Counted from the first letter of the stretch, positions 30,239 through 40,701 are shown. The stretch: 64,000 nucleotides of DNA from Bacillota bacterium (GCA_017656135.1 JACDOJ010000007.1:975-64974); one strand, 5' to 3'. Notes: generated from the sequence alone by a model not told the origin. Program-made: numbers and translations.

Positions 30239-31532
30239 CTATACTCACCTCTTCTGCGAAAACTTCCTTGATTCTTCCATCATCCCTCTGAATCATCAGG
30301 CTGCCTGAAGGGGTGATCTCCACGGCCACTCCGGAGAAACTCTCCGCTCCAAGCACCCGGACCCGCCGGCCTAAGGTGCAGGAAAGCTCCTCATACTCAG
30401 AAACCATCCTGGCTAGACCGTGTTTAAGATAATCCTGATAGAGGGCGGTCAACTCCAAAAGATAGCTCCGGAACAAGGCCTGACGACTTACCCGCTTATC
30501 CCAGGCCAAGTAGAGGGAGGAAATCTCCTTATCCAAATCAGGCAGTTCATCTTGCTGCTGGTGGACGTTGATTCCTGTTCCTAGGACAACATAAGACAGC
30601 TTTTCTCCTTGAATCCCTGATTCAGCCAGACAGCCGGCAACTTTGGCTCCACCGATTAACAGGTCATTTGGCCACTTGATTTTAGCCTTATCGGCCCCCC
30701 GGGGTGCGAAACCGTTGACAGCCTTGGCCAGGGCCAGAGCTCCAAGGATGTTGAGGCTGGGTACAAAGTAGGGCTTGATGCCGGGCCTTAAGAGCACACT
30801 ACACCAAATGCCGGCAAAAGGCCGGGAGACCCAGCTCCGGCCGGATCTACCCTTGCCCTTCCACTGGGTTTCCGCAACCACCGTAGTGCCCTCCGGAGCG
30901 CCCTCCAAAGCCAGTTCGCGGAGTTCATCGTTGGTTGAGCCTACCTCCAGTTTGTAGATCAGGGGATGACCCAACTCCTCCGGATCTAACCCAGCCAGGA
31001 CAACACTGGGATAGAGCCGGTCCAGGTCAGCTTCTCCCTCCGCCGGAGTATAGATTCGCACCCCTTCGGCGGCTGGATCAAACTTAGCAGCCAGCTCCCT
31101 GACCCTTACCCCGCTGGGAGTTGCAAGCTCCGGTGCCAGCTCAGCCAAGGGGATGAGCACAAAAGCCCGCTCCCACATCCGAGGATGAGGGATGGTAAGA
31201 TCTTCGGTCTTGATAGATTCATCATCATAGAGCAATATATCAATATCCACCGCCCGGGGACCCCAGCGAATCCGGCGGTCCCGACCGTAGTAATCTTCGA
31301 TTCTCCTGGTCTGATTCTTGAAGTCAGCAGGAGAGAGGCCGGTTTTCACCTTTACCACCTGGTTCAGGTAGTCCCTCTGCCCAGTGACCCCCATCGGCCG
31401 GGTCTCGTAGTAGCTGGAGGTCGCCTCCACGCTGGTCTCCGGCAGCTCAGCCAAAAAAACCAAGGCTCCTGCCAGGTTTTTGGCCCGGTTTCCGATGTTG
31501 CTGCCGAGAGATAAGAACACCTCATGTTTCAT
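30222..31532 (-). CDS. Fusion of 6-hydroxymethyl-7,8-dihydropterin pyrophosphokinase (HPPK/FolK) and biotin-[acetyl-CoA-carboxylase] ligase BirA (group I, no HTH)
   Basis: N-terminal approx. 160 aa carry HPPK motifs (LSLGSNIGNR, RWGPRAVDIDILLYDD, PHPRMWERAFVL). C-terminal approx. 240 aa are the BPL catalytic domain (GKGRSGRSW, KWPNDLL) plus the C-terminal SH3-like domain. Single uninterrupted ORF. Confidence 0.75.
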   Translation of the reverse strand: MKHEVFLSLGSNIGNRAKNLAGALVFLAELPETSVEATSSYYETRPMGVTGQRDYLNQVVKVKTGLSPADFKNQTRRIEDYYGRDRRIRWGPRAVDIDILLYDDESIKTEDLTIPHPRMWERAFVLIPLAELAPELATPSGVRVRELAAKFDPAAEGVRIYTPAEGEADLDRLYPSVVLAGLDPEELGHPLIYKLEVGSTNDELRELALEGAPEGTTVVAETQWKGKGRSGRSWVSRPFAGIWCSVLLRPGIKPYFVPSLNILGALALAKAVNGFAPRGADKAKIKWPNDLLIGGAKVAGCLAESGIQGEKLSYVVLGTGINVHQQQDELPDLDKEISSLYLAWDKRVSRQALFRSYLLELTALYQDYLKHGLARMVSEYEELSCTLGRRVRVLGAESFSGVAVEITPSGSLMIQRDDGRIKEVFAEEVSIVESKE

Positions 31533-31894
31533 TCTCCCGCCTCCTTGCTGACTTCGATCTCAACATAGTCCAGAGGGGCGCCCAACGGTGCAGCCGGCTT
31601 ACGGACCCGCACGGTAACCCTGCAGAGTGGAAAACTTGCTAGAAGCCCATCTGCTATGGCTCCAGCCAAGGTCTCCATTAAATTATACCTCTTCTCCGTC
31701 ACAATTCCCTTGATGACCTGATAGACCTCGGCGTAGTTCACCGCTTTCGCGATGTCGTCATCGCATCCGGAAGCCTCCTTTTTAGGGAGGTATTCCACAT
31801 CCACCTCAAAACGTTGGCCCAACTCTTTTTCGGCGGGGAAAACACCGTGGTAGGCGTAGAAGACCATGTTCTGTAACCTGACTTTAAGACTCAT
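31529..31894 (-). CDS. folB: Dihydroneopterin aldolase
   Basis: MSLKVRLQNMVFYAYHGVFPAEKELGQRFEVDV typical of FolB. ATGA coupling to the downstream ORF. Confidence 0.8.
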   Translation of the reverse strand: MSLKVRLQNMVFYAYHGVFPAEKELGQRFEVDVEYLPKKEASGCDDDIAKAVNYAEVYQVIKGIVTEKRYNLMETLAGAIADGLLASFPLCRVTVRVRKPAAPLGAPLDYVEIEVSKEAGE

Positions 31895-33116
31895 CCTGCC
31901 CACTCCTTTGGTAGCGGGCAATGGCATCGGAGACCTTGGCCACCCTGGCCATTTCCCGGACATCATGAACCCGGACCACGTCGGCACCGGCGGCGATGCC
32001 CAATGCCACACTGGCCGCCGTTCCTTCCACCCGCTGGTCCACCGGCAAATCCAGCACTTTACCGATAAAGGACTTGCGGGAAGTCCCTAAGAGAAGAGGA
32101 TAACCCAGCGTCCGAAACTCTGCCAAACGGTTTAAAATCTCCAAGTTGTGCTCGCAAGTCTTAGCGAAACCGATTCCGGGATCCAGGATGATCTGCTCCC
32201 TGGAAACACCTCTGGCCAAAGCCTGGTCGACAGCGCTCTGGAGAAAGGATAAAACCTCTGCGACCACATCGGTGTAGACCGGATTTTTCTGCATCTCCCT
32301 GGGAGTTCCCCTGGTGTGCATCAGAACCAACCCGGCCCGGTATTTAGCAGCCAAGTCCGCCAGGCGAGGTTCGAACTGCAAGCCGCTGATATCATTGATG
32401 ATGCTCGCACCAGCCTCCAGGGAAGCCTCCGCTACCCGGTACTTGGTGGTGTCCACGGAAATCGGCACCGCGAGCTCCTTAGCCAATTGGCTGACAACAG
32501 GTATTACCCGGGCCAGCTCGTCCTCCTCAGAAACAAACTCGGCCCCAGGCCGGGTTGACTCTCCCCCTACATCGATGATGTCCGCTCCCTCGTCCACCAT
32601 TTGACGAGCTCTCCTGATGGCTGCTTCCGGCTCCAGGTACCGGCCTCCATCGGAGAAGGAATCGGGAGTGACATTTAAAATACCCATGATGTAGGTCTTC
32701 TGCCCCAGCGGGAGGCTGTACTCTCTGCACTGCCAATGTCCGCTTCGCGGAGCCAGCAGGGGCTCTACAGCCTCCTGCAGCTCCTTAGCAACCTGTTTGA
32801 GGCCAAAAGGTTGACGGGCCAGCTTCTCAGCCAAACCTAAGAGCTGTTTAGCAGTGCCTGAAAGGAGCACATCCACCTGCTCGGCAGCTAGAGCCGCTGC
32901 TTCCCTAGGGAGGGCGGCCTCACCACCTAAGGAGAGCATCTCCTGCTTGATGATGAGAGCCCCCCGCAGGCTGACCCTGGAGAGAGCAAGGACGTACTGA
33001 CAGAACTTAAGCTCCATAGCCTCCACACCCTGAGGATCAGCTCCCAGTTTGGTTAGAAGATCTCTGGCATAAGCCCTATTTTTAACTGTGATGACTCTGA
33101 CATTGTGTCGGGGCAC
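31884..33116 (-). CDS. folP: Dihydropteroate synthase with approx. 140-aa N-terminal extension
   Basis: DHPS motifs GILNVTPDSFSDGG, DVGGESTRPG and LLGTSRKSFIG. Start placed at the GTG at 33116 (GGGGGG RBS); the upstream ORF portion overlaps ftsH. Confidence 0.7.
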   Translation of the reverse strand: MPRHNVRVITVKNRAYARDLLTKLGADPQGVEAMELKFCQYVLALSRVSLRGALIIKQEMLSLGGEAALPREAAALAAEQVDVLLSGTAKQLLGLAEKLARQPFGLKQVAKELQEAVEPLLAPRSGHWQCREYSLPLGQKTYIMGILNVTPDSFSDGGRYLEPEAAIRRARQMVDEGADIIDVGGESTRPGAEFVSEEDELARVIPVVSQLAKELAVPISVDTTKYRVAEASLEAGASIINDISGLQFEPRLADLAAKYRAGLVLMHTRGTPREMQKNPVYTDVVAEVLSFLQSAVDQALARGVSREQIILDPGIGFAKTCEHNLEILNRLAEFRTLGYPLLLGTSRKSFIGKVLDLPVDQRVEGTAASVALGIAAGADVVRVHDVREMARVAKVSDAIARYQRSGQDES

Positions 33117-33180
33117 GGAAATCCCCCCATATATGAAAGAAGCACCCTGGGCGAGTGCTTCCCGTAGGTAGCCGTCTTGG

Positions 33181-35040
33181 TTATTCTTCTTTCTTCTCCT
33201 GCTCTTCTTTCTTTTCCTGTTCTTTTTCGGAAGGCGCCTTCTCAAGGGGCTTCCCCTGGATTACCGCCTCAAATTCGTCTTTCCTCAGTGTTTCTTTTTC
33301 CAGGAGGGCTTGCACCACTCGTTCCAGTTCCTCTCGGTGCTCTTTTAGCAGCTTGGTGGCTTTTTCGTAGGATCTTTCGATGATCGCTCTGGTTTCAGCG
33401 TCGATCTTGGCCGCCACCTCTTCACTGTAGTTGCGATCCCGAGAGATATCCCGGCCCAAAAAGACCTGCTCTTCATGGCCGTGTCCAAAAGTCATCGGGC
33501 CCAGTTCCTCACTCATGCCGTATTCGGTGATCATCTTCCGGGCCAGTTTGGTAGCCCGTTCGATATCATTCTGAGCGCCGGTACTGACCTCATTGAAGAC
33601 CATTTCTTCGGCAGCCCGGCCGCCCAGGGCGTAAGCCAAGTAATCCAAGAGCTCTGACTTGGTAGTCACGTATTTGTCTTCAATAGGCAAAACCATGGTG
33701 TAACCGCCGGCCATTCCTCGGGAAATGATGCTCACCTTGTGGACAGGGTCCATGTGATCCAGGAACCGGGCAACCACAGCATGACCGGCTTCGTGGTAGG
33801 CAAAGACCTTTTTATCCCGCTCGCTAATGACCCGTTTTTTGCGTTCCGGGCCCATGAGCACCCGGTCGATGGCTGCCTCGGCCTCTTCCATGGTAATGCG
33901 CTTTTTGTTCTTACGGGCAGCCAAGATAGCAGCTTCGTTCATCAGGTTCTCCAGATCGGCCCCAGTGAAACCCGGTGTCCGCCTGGCCAGAACTTGCAGG
34001 TCGACATCTTCTGCCAGAGGTTTGTTCCGGGCGTGAATCTTGAGGATCTCCACCCGTCCTTCCACATCCGGCTTATCCACAACCACCTGCCGGTCGAAAC
34101 GCCCCGGTCTCAACAGGGCCGGGTCTAAGACGTCCGGTCGGTTGGTAGCTGCTAAAATGATGATGCCGCTGTTAGGCTCAAAACCGTCCATCTCCACCAA
34201 GAGTTGGTTGAGGGTCTGTTCCCTTTCATCGTGGCCGCCGCCTAAGCCGGCACCACGCTGACGCCCGACAGCATCAATCTCGTCCACAAAGACGATACAG
34301 GGGGCGTTCTTCTTGGCGTTCTCGAACATATCCCGAACTCTGGCGGCACCGACACCGACGAACATCTCCACAAAGTCAGAACCACTGACCGAGAAGAAAG
34401 GGACTCCGGCCTCACCGGCCACAGCCCTGGCCAGCAGGGTCTTACCGGTACCGGGTGGGCCCACAAGCAGGATGCCTTTGGGAATCTTGGCCCCAAGCTC
34501 CACAAAGCGCTTAGGGTGTTTCAAGAACTCTACAATCTCAGCCAGCTCCTGCTTGGCCTCGTCTAAGCCGGCTACATCATCGAAAGTGACCTTGACCTTG
34601 TCCTCTGTGTGCAGCTTAGCTCGAGACCTCCCAAAGGACATGGCCCGGTTGCCGCCGCCCTGCATCTGGTTGAGGATGAAGAGCCAGATGCCGATGAAAA
34701 TGACCAGGGTAATAACGTTGGGAAGAATCGACATCCACCACGGTGGGGTAGGCTGAGGTTTGGCTGCCACCGCCACGCCTCGTTCCTCCAAGAAGGCCAC
34801 TAGATCCGGAGTTTGCGGAGGCACAGTGGTAAAAAAGGTCTCCCCGTCCTGGTACTCTCCTTGAACCTGCTGGCTGCCGATGAAAGTAACTGATTTAACC
34901 TTGCCTGCATTAACCTGTTGGATAAACTCAGAGTAACTGATTTCGTTAACCTCAGGCTTGGTATAAATACTGCTAACCACGGAGATGGCCAGCACTGCCA
35001 GGAGCAAATACAGGCTAATCCCGCGTAGGAATTTATTCAA
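33181..35040 (-). CDS. ftsH: ATP-dependent zinc metalloprotease FtsH
   Basis: Two N-terminal TM segments. AAA motifs GPPGTGKT and DEIDA. HEAGH zinc site. Confidence 0.95.
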   Translation of the reverse strand: MNKFLRGISLYLLLAVLAISVVSSIYTKPEVNEISYSEFIQQVNAGKVKSVTFIGSQQVQGEYQDGETFFTTVPPQTPDLVAFLEERGVAVAAKPQPTPPWWMSILPNVITLVIFIGIWLFILNQMQGGGNRAMSFGRSRAKLHTEDKVKVTFDDVAGLDEAKQELAEIVEFLKHPKRFVELGAKIPKGILLVGPPGTGKTLLARAVAGEAGVPFFSVSGSDFVEMFVGVGAARVRDMFENAKKNAPCIVFVDEIDAVGRQRGAGLGGGHDEREQTLNQLLVEMDGFEPNSGIIILAATNRPDVLDPALLRPGRFDRQVVVDKPDVEGRVEILKIHARNKPLAEDVDLQVLARRTPGFTGADLENLMNEAAILAARKNKKRITMEEAEAAIDRVLMGPERKKRVISERDKKVFAYHEAGHAVVARFLDHMDPVHKVSIISRGMAGGYTMVLPIEDKYVTTKSELLDYLAYALGGRAAEEMVFNEVSTGAQNDIERATKLARKMITEYGMSEELGPMTFGHGHEEQVFLGRDISRDRNYSEEVAAKIDAETRAIIERSYEKATKLLKEHREELERVVQALLEKETLRKDEFEAVIQGKPLEKAPSEKEQEKKEEQEKKEE

Positions 35041-35068
35041 AAAAATGGCCTCCTCCTTTCAGAATCGA

Positions 35069-36517
35069 CTAAAAAATTATATCATACGGGCTTTCTTGTG
35101 GCAACTCTTCCAGTTTTAGCTGCAAAATTTGTCTAGTTTTGTCCGTTATTCTGCCGCTTTCGCCTTGTCGCAAGCCCGCAACCCAAATTATGCCACTTCT
35201 ATCTAGGACTAACGGTATACTCTCCCTTCTACCTGGGGAAACCTTCTCATCGATAAAGAAATCTTTTAACTTCTTGCTGCCACCGAGACCAAAGGGGTGG
35301 AAAATATCCCCGGGCCGCCTGGTCCTGACCGTCAGAGGAAGGTCGATTTCAGCTAAGTCGAAGAAGGCACAGGTGGAATCAGGACAGTCTTCTTTTGCCC
35401 TGAGGCTCGCCAACTTGTCCAGTCCTCCCTGGTGCACCGTAGCGGTAATGCGGAGGCCCAAAGAGGAGATTGTTAACTCTCCTGGCACCTCTAACTGCCA
35501 GACTTCAGCCGACTTCCTCTCTAGTTGCGAGCTGCGTTTGCCGGCGGTCAATACTGCCTGCCGGTATTCTTTGATTAAAGTAGCCCCAGGTAGATCCACT
35601 TGGAGGTTGCTCTCATCTCTCTCTAAAAGGTCAAGGGCCTCTTCCACATGGCTAAAACTTAAAACCTTTCCGGTTAACTGAAAGTGGGCCGCTCGGATAA
35701 TTCGTCTCTTCAAGGCCAAGGGTTCTGCCTGAAAAAGTTCCAAGGGGAAACGGCAGCTCTTCCGGGAGCAGACGGCGTTTTTCTTTAACCAAAAGTCGAT
35801 GACCTGATTCAGGTACTCTTCCTCCGCCCGCATGATCTCAGCGTGCCGGGCCAAGGCTTCTTCTACCTTGGGGTTAAACTCGGCTTCCAATAAGGGAACG
35901 AGCTGCAGGCGAATTTTGTTCCTTAGGTAAACCGGCTTCTCGTTGGAAGGATCGATTCGATACGGCAGGTTATGGCTGGCGGCGTAGGCCAAAACCTCTC
36001 GTCTAGATACCCAAATTAACGGACGGATGTACTCATCCTCCCGAACCGGGGGAATTCCGGACAGGCCCGAACTGCCCCCTCCGGTCAAAAGGCGCATCAA
36101 AACCGTCTCCGCCTGGTCAGTCTGGGTGTGGGCCAGTGCAATACGCTGGGCGCCCCACCTGGCAGCAGCCTCTTTCAAAAAGGCGTACCTGATCCGCCTG
36201 GCCGCCTCCTGTTTAGACTCACCGGGACACCTCAGGCGGGAGACCTCCCGGGCATCACTGATACAAGGAAGTCCCTTCTCTTTGGCCCAGGCCTCGACGA
36301 AGGCCCGGTCTTCAGCGCTTTCCTCACCCCGAAACATATGGTCCAAATGGGCCAGACATAAAAATAACCGAACCTCCCTGCTGAGGCGCAAAAGAAGGTC
36401 GGCTAAAACCATAGAGTCCGGGCCGCCGGATACGGCTACCAACACCCGGTCCACTCCCTGGGGCAGCATCTTATAAGTGAAGATAGTACGCTTGACTTTA
36501 TCTAACAAATCGGGCAT
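35069..36517 (-). CDS. tilS: tRNA(Ile)-lysidine synthetase
   Basis: PP-loop SGGPDS; approx. 480 aa with C-terminal TilS domain. Confidence 0.9.
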   Translation of the reverse strand: MPDLLDKVKRTIFTYKMLPQGVDRVLVAVSGGPDSMVLADLLLRLSREVRLFLCLAHLDHMFRGEESAEDRAFVEAWAKEKGLPCISDAREVSRLRCPGESKQEAARRIRYAFLKEAAARWGAQRIALAHTQTDQAETVLMRLLTGGGSSGLSGIPPVREDEYIRPLIWVSRREVLAYAASHNLPYRIDPSNEKPVYLRNKIRLQLVPLLEAEFNPKVEEALARHAEIMRAEEEYLNQVIDFWLKKNAVCSRKSCRFPLELFQAEPLALKRRIIRAAHFQLTGKVLSFSHVEEALDLLERDESNLQVDLPGATLIKEYRQAVLTAGKRSSQLERKSAEVWQLEVPGELTISSLGLRITATVHQGGLDKLASLRAKEDCPDSTCAFFDLAEIDLPLTVRTRRPGDIFHPFGLGGSKKLKDFFIDEKVSPGRRESIPLVLDRSGIIWVAGLRQGESGRITDKTRQILQLKLEELPQESPYDIIF

Positions 36518-36562
36518 GTTTATTTAGTTCGTCTTAGAGAAAGAAAATCCTAGCTAACCATC

Positions 36563-36889
36563 TCAACTCAACAGACCTTGGGCCCAGAGGAATGTCAGCA
36601 CAAACAGGCCTACCGAGATCAGAAAGAAGAGATCGACCAGCCACTCTGTCTTCTGATTTTTTTCACCCCGGATTGAACTGACCTTACTCGCCTCCAGGTG
36701 CTCCTGCTGAACCAAAGCGGTTTCTGGGAGGAGGTACTCCCATTTTTCACAGTAGTAACTGCCGGGAGTGTAGGTCACTCTGGTGAAGATGTCGTTAGAT
36801 TTTCGGAGCGAAACGGTCCTGAACCGCGGGAAGAAATCAGGGCGGTTTTCCATGATAGCCACGCCTCCAATTCCAAATTTCTCCTTCAT
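36563..36889 (-). CDS. Small protein with C-terminal TM segment, unknown function
   Basis: ORF from the ATG at 36889 with GGGGAGGAAGG RBS. Sits between spoIIE and tilS, where Bacillus has yabS/yabT. Confidence 0.45.
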   Translation of the reverse strand: MKEKFGIGGVAIMENRPDFFPRFRTVSLRKSNDIFTRVTYTPGSYYCEKWEYLLPETALVQQEHLEASKVSSIRGEKNQKTEWLVDLFFLISVGLFVLTFLWAQGLLS

Positions 36890-36925
36890 TAGTATGCACC
36901 TTCCTCCCCAAATATACTCGTCCAC

Positions 36926-39439
36926 CTAGGCTCTGGAGACTAAACACCTGGTATAGATGGAAATACCGTCGGACATACCTTTACTTCGCACCCTGGCTAC
37001 AGCTATGGTCAAATCATCCTGAGGGACCCCGTCACAAGCCGCCATGCACTGGGCAAAGAGCTGCTCGGCAAAATCGGCAGCTCCCTGCTTTTTGGTATTC
37101 TCCAAGACTTTTTCAAACCAGTCTCCAGGCAAATCGGGGGCGCAGTCCTTAACCCCGTCAGTTATCATTACAATATAGTCATTTGGGTAGAGCCCTTCGG
37201 TGATGATCTGGACATCGACTTGAGAGAGAATCCCGATGGGCAGGGATTTGCCTTCCACCTTCAGGATCTCACTGCCTCTGACGATGTAGGTAGGCTGGCA
37301 GCCAATCTTCACAAACTCGGCCTCACCTGTATGCTCATCGAAGAGAAAGAGGTCGAGGGTGGCAAAACTCTCTTCGGGAGTCCTGAAGAGAAGCAGACTG
37401 TTTATGGCCCTGACTGCGAACTGACGATCCAGCCCCGCTCGGAGCAGGTTTTCCAAAAGGGAGAGCGTAGTACTGCTCTCTAAAGCCGCCTTGCTTCCGG
37501 AGCCCATGCCGTCGCTCAAGGCAATGCCGATCTTGCCTCCGGGCAGGGTTATCAAGAGGTGGTTATCTCCGTTCACCCGGGCGCCGCTCTTAGACTCCTC
37601 CACCACCTTATATTCCAAGTGGTATGCTTTTTCAGGCAGGAGCAGCAGCTCACACCAGGATTCACCGGTGTAGTACCCACAGGAGGGCTTAACCAGGCTA
37701 AACGGAGTTTCCATAACCGTCGAGGCCACCGGAGCCAGTTTCCTACACTCCTCCCTGCCGCCGCAGTTAGAACAGAGGACATGGATTTTGTACTGGCCGT
37801 CAGGTTGCAGGTCGGCTTTCACATCTTGGACCCGGCACTGTTTCTGGAGAAAGGCATCCAGTAAGGCTTTGGAAGGATCCTCCTTCACGCACCGGCGTTC
37901 CTGCATCTCCTGGGCCAAAGAGGCCACCACATCAGCCACCCCTTGCAGCTGGTTGGAGACAATCTCTCTGCTGGCTAAAAGTTTCTTTTCCCAGCTGCTC
38001 TCCACGCTCTCCAGTTCCAAGAGGTAGTTCACGGCCTGAACCAGTTTGTGAACCTGGGTGCAGGACCTTTTAGTTCCCACAGGCAGTTCTTGCACCTGTA
38101 AAGAGCCGTGCTTTTCGGCCTCTACCAGAACCTCTTCGAAGTTCTTGAAGGTACAGTAAAACTGGTCTTGCCAGCACCGGTTATAGCTGACGCACCCAGT
38201 GCAGACCCGGTCCGAGACGGCGTTGATCAGCTTGGAGATATCCGGGTGGTCCGTTGAAACCTGGTCCTGGGGAAACTGGGCAAAGCTCCTGGCCAGTTCG
38301 GTCAAAACATCCCCAAAGGTGGCCAGGCGCCCGGAGACCCAATCTCGTAGTTTTTGTTCTTCTCCGGCCAAAGCCCCCCGCTGCCGGACAGGATTCAAAG
38401 GAAACCAGCCGGCCCACTGCTGGATGAGACGGGAGGGGAAGACACCGATGAACAGGGCCGCCCCTAAAACTGATGAAGCCATTTCCATGAGCTCAACGGG
38501 GGTCAGCAGCTGGTAGGAAAGGAGAGTAGCTCCGGCTACAGAACCGAAGATGACACCTGCCTTGCCCATCTCTCTAAAAAGGCCGGCACAGACCCCAGCC
38601 GCCGCCAACGCCGTCAAGCAGTAAGGTGAGAAATCGCTTAAGAGAGCCACAATCACCCCAGCGGATATGGCGGTTACGGCACCTGCCCCAGGTCCAGCCA
38701 ACCAGGCCGCCGTAATGACCAGGATCCTGAGAACCATATCTTGAACAGAGAGGAGGCCCCAGTGTACCCCGTCCAAACCCGCAATACCGATGCCTGTAAT
38801 CAGGACAGCAAAAGCAGTCTCTTCATACCGCATCCCAGTGACAAAAAGATTGCTGGCTTTGAGTCTCGTTCCGAAATAACTCAGAATGGCCACGAGGAGG
38901 CCTGCCAAAACCGCTTCTAAAATTGCAAAGTACAAAAAAACGGGCTCACAGCCTGACAAAGTAGCCAGAATAATGCGCCCGATTAGCACTGCTCCAGAGG
39001 TGTAAAAGGCCCCAAAGATAATCTGGTAGCTGACCGTTCCTCCCTGCCGCCTGGCCAGGTGTGACCCGATTAAAACCAGGAAGGAAAGAAGCAGATATGG
39101 TGGGAGCTTGTCCACTCCCAGACTGGAGGCCAAGCCTATTATGGTGCCTATCAGGACCGGTAAGAGTCCCCAGGGATGAACCAGAGATATAGAGGCCAGG
39201 GCCGCCAGGGCAAAAGGATGGAACTCGCCAAAAAGTGACGCCCTGGCCCACATTATGGCAGTACCCGTCAGCAGAATGTGGGACCTGTTAAAAAGGAAGA
39301 ACAGGGATCGTGAATTTTTCGCCAAACCTTTGCAGCTATCCAAAAAGTTTTTCTGCCAAGTTACTGATATGGCCAAATTCATCCCCCCATAGCTTGTCCC
39401 ATTATATTGATAGAATAACACTGCCGGGGGTAAAGCCAT
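36926..39439 (-). CDS. spoIIE: Stage II sporulation protein E (PP2C serine phosphatase)
   Basis: About 10 N-terminal TM helices and C-terminal PP2C domain (GDGMGSG, ITDGV). Start uncertain (39439 or 39382). Confidence 0.85.
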   Translation of the reverse strand: MALPPAVLFYQYNGTSYGGMNLAISVTWQKNFLDSCKGLAKNSRSLFFLFNRSHILLTGTAIMWARASLFGEFHPFALAALASISLVHPWGLLPVLIGTIIGLASSLGVDKLPPYLLLSFLVLIGSHLARRQGGTVSYQIIFGAFYTSGAVLIGRIILATLSGCEPVFLYFAILEAVLAGLLVAILSYFGTRLKASNLFVTGMRYEETAFAVLITGIGIAGLDGVHWGLLSVQDMVLRILVITAAWLAGPGAGAVTAISAGVIVALLSDFSPYCLTALAAAGVCAGLFREMGKAGVIFGSVAGATLLSYQLLTPVELMEMASSVLGAALFIGVFPSRLIQQWAGWFPLNPVRQRGALAGEEQKLRDWVSGRLATFGDVLTELARSFAQFPQDQVSTDHPDISKLINAVSDRVCTGCVSYNRCWQDQFYCTFKNFEEVLVEAEKHGSLQVQELPVGTKRSCTQVHKLVQAVNYLLELESVESSWEKKLLASREIVSNQLQGVADVVASLAQEMQERRCVKEDPSKALLDAFLQKQCRVQDVKADLQPDGQYKIHVLCSNCGGREECRKLAPVASTVMETPFSLVKPSCGYYTGESWCELLLLPEKAYHLEYKVVEESKSGARVNGDNHLLITLPGGKIGIALSDGMGSGSKAALESSTTLSLLENLLRAGLDRQFAVRAINSLLLFRTPEESFATLDLFLFDEHTGEAEFVKIGCQPTYIVRGSEILKVEGKSLPIGILSQVDVQIITEGLYPNDYIVMITDGVKDCAPDLPGDWFEKVLENTKKQGAADFAEQLFAQCMAACDGVPQDDLTIAVARVRSKGMSDGISIYTRCLVSRA

Positions 39440-39533
39440 GTCGAACGGTTTCGAAGCCTGTCCTAAAGTTTTCCTTATTTTTTATTATTTTCCGAAAAAA
39501 CCCAAATAACTTTATATTATCCTACATATACCG

Positions 39534-39572
39534 AGGTAAAAAGAAACCGCCAGCCCCTTCGGCCAGCGGTTA
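39534..39572 (-). terminator. Rho-independent terminator (minus strand) after the zinc-finger gene
   Basis: AACCGCTGGCCGAAGGGGCTGGCGGTT hairpin followed by TTTCTTTTT on the minus strand. Confidence 0.65.
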
Positions 39573-39594
39573 AGAAGGAATTTACTGATAATTA

Positions 39595-39852
39595 CTAGGC
39601 ATTCATACCGTATTTAGTATAAGCCCACCCTGATCCACCGCATGCTTCACAATTGCTGTTGCTCACCATGCTCAGTCCGGAACCTTTGCAGATCGGACAC
39701 TTGTAGCCAGGTTTGGCCACGAACACCTTTCCGGCTCCGTTACAAACAGGGCAGAGGCCCCAACCGACATCAGCGGTCCCAGTACCTTTGCACTTCCGGC
39801 AGGTCTTCAAAACATAGTCGCCTGAAGTTTTCCGAGATCTCCTGCCAAACAT
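39595..39852 (-). CDS. Small DnaJ-type zinc-finger protein (4x CxxCxGxG)
   Basis: CRKCKGTG, CPVCNGAG, CPICKGSG and CEACGGSG repeats in 85 aa. GAAGGAGG RBS. Confidence 0.7.
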   Translation of the reverse strand: MFGRRSRKTSGDYVLKTCRKCKGTGTADVGWGLCPVCNGAGKVFVAKPGYKCPICKGSGLSMVSNSNCEACGGSGWAYTKYGMNA

Positions 39853-40096
39853 CCAATCTCCTCCTTCGCTGTGATTTTTTAAAACGTTACGGCCCCCACA
39901 ATTTACATATTAGTTCCCAGCTTAGCATTTCCTGCATTTTATGTAAATATATGTAATACTTTTCATATATGCGAACAGGCCCGGTTAATGCCGAGCCTGA
40001 AACCAATATGAAATTAAACATAATTCCTGCCGCATGTAGGCTCCCTGTGCTTCTGCCAATCTTGGGCTTCGCTTAGCGTAAAACAAATTACAATTT

Positions 40097-40477
40097 TTAG
40101 CCTGCGTTCCTGGCGAAACTCCGAATATTTCCGGACCGTTCAGGTTTGACGTTATCAAAATGCCTGGCGATTTCCGCATGAATCCGCTCTTCCAGTTCGT
40201 TGAGGCGAGTAGCCAAACTCATGTCAATAATGGTATCGCCCATCTGAACGATCATGCCACCGAGGATCGATGGGTCGATCACATTGTTCAGCTCCACGTC
40301 TTTGCCGGTTAACTCCTTGAGGACCCGCCCCAGCTTCTCCCTAGCCTCGTCGTCCAAAGGGACTACCGTCTTGACCTTGGCTTTGGCCTTGGACTGGTCA
40401 AATTGAACCGTGATCCCGCGCCTGGTCTTGACCAGCTGGCCATATTCCCGAGCAATCTTCCTACGCCACCGCTCCAT
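40097..40477 (-). CDS. Truncated F-ATPase delta/OSCP C-terminal-domain-like protein, paralog 1
   Basis: C-terminal LTGKDVELNNVIDPSILGGMIVQMGDTIIDMSLATRLNELEE aligns closely with the delta-subunit C-terminal segment (LTGKKVEL..VDPSLIGG..GDRVIDGS..RL.QL). No delta N-terminal domain. GGAGGG RBS at the ATG at 40477. Confidence 0.7.
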   Translation of the reverse strand: MERWRRKIAREYGQLVKTRRGITVQFDQSKAKAKVKTVVPLDDEAREKLGRVLKELTGKDVELNNVIDPSILGGMIVQMGDTIIDMSLATRLNELEERIHAEIARHFDNVKPERSGNIRSFARNAG

Positions 40478-40701
40478 CTCTTTCCCTCCTTTCGGTATGT
40501 AGGCAGCCCCCCCTGTAGGGGGGGTGCCCCTTATGCTGCTTCGGGGAGCCAGAATAAGCTCCCCGAATCTTGCAATCACACAATAAGTAAATTGTCGCTA
40601 ATTTCAGTATTTTTGAAATGTTTTAACTCCGGGCTCCATTAGAATAATTAGCCATTATCTGGTAAAAATCCTTTTTTTACCGCCTCTTTTTACTATATAA
40701 T

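Noticed and set aside
39985-40179. 64-aa ORF in the intergenic region between the DnaJ-ZnF gene and delta-like paralog 1
   Set aside because: Overlaps the 3' end of the delta-like gene. No RBS. Low-complexity translation.
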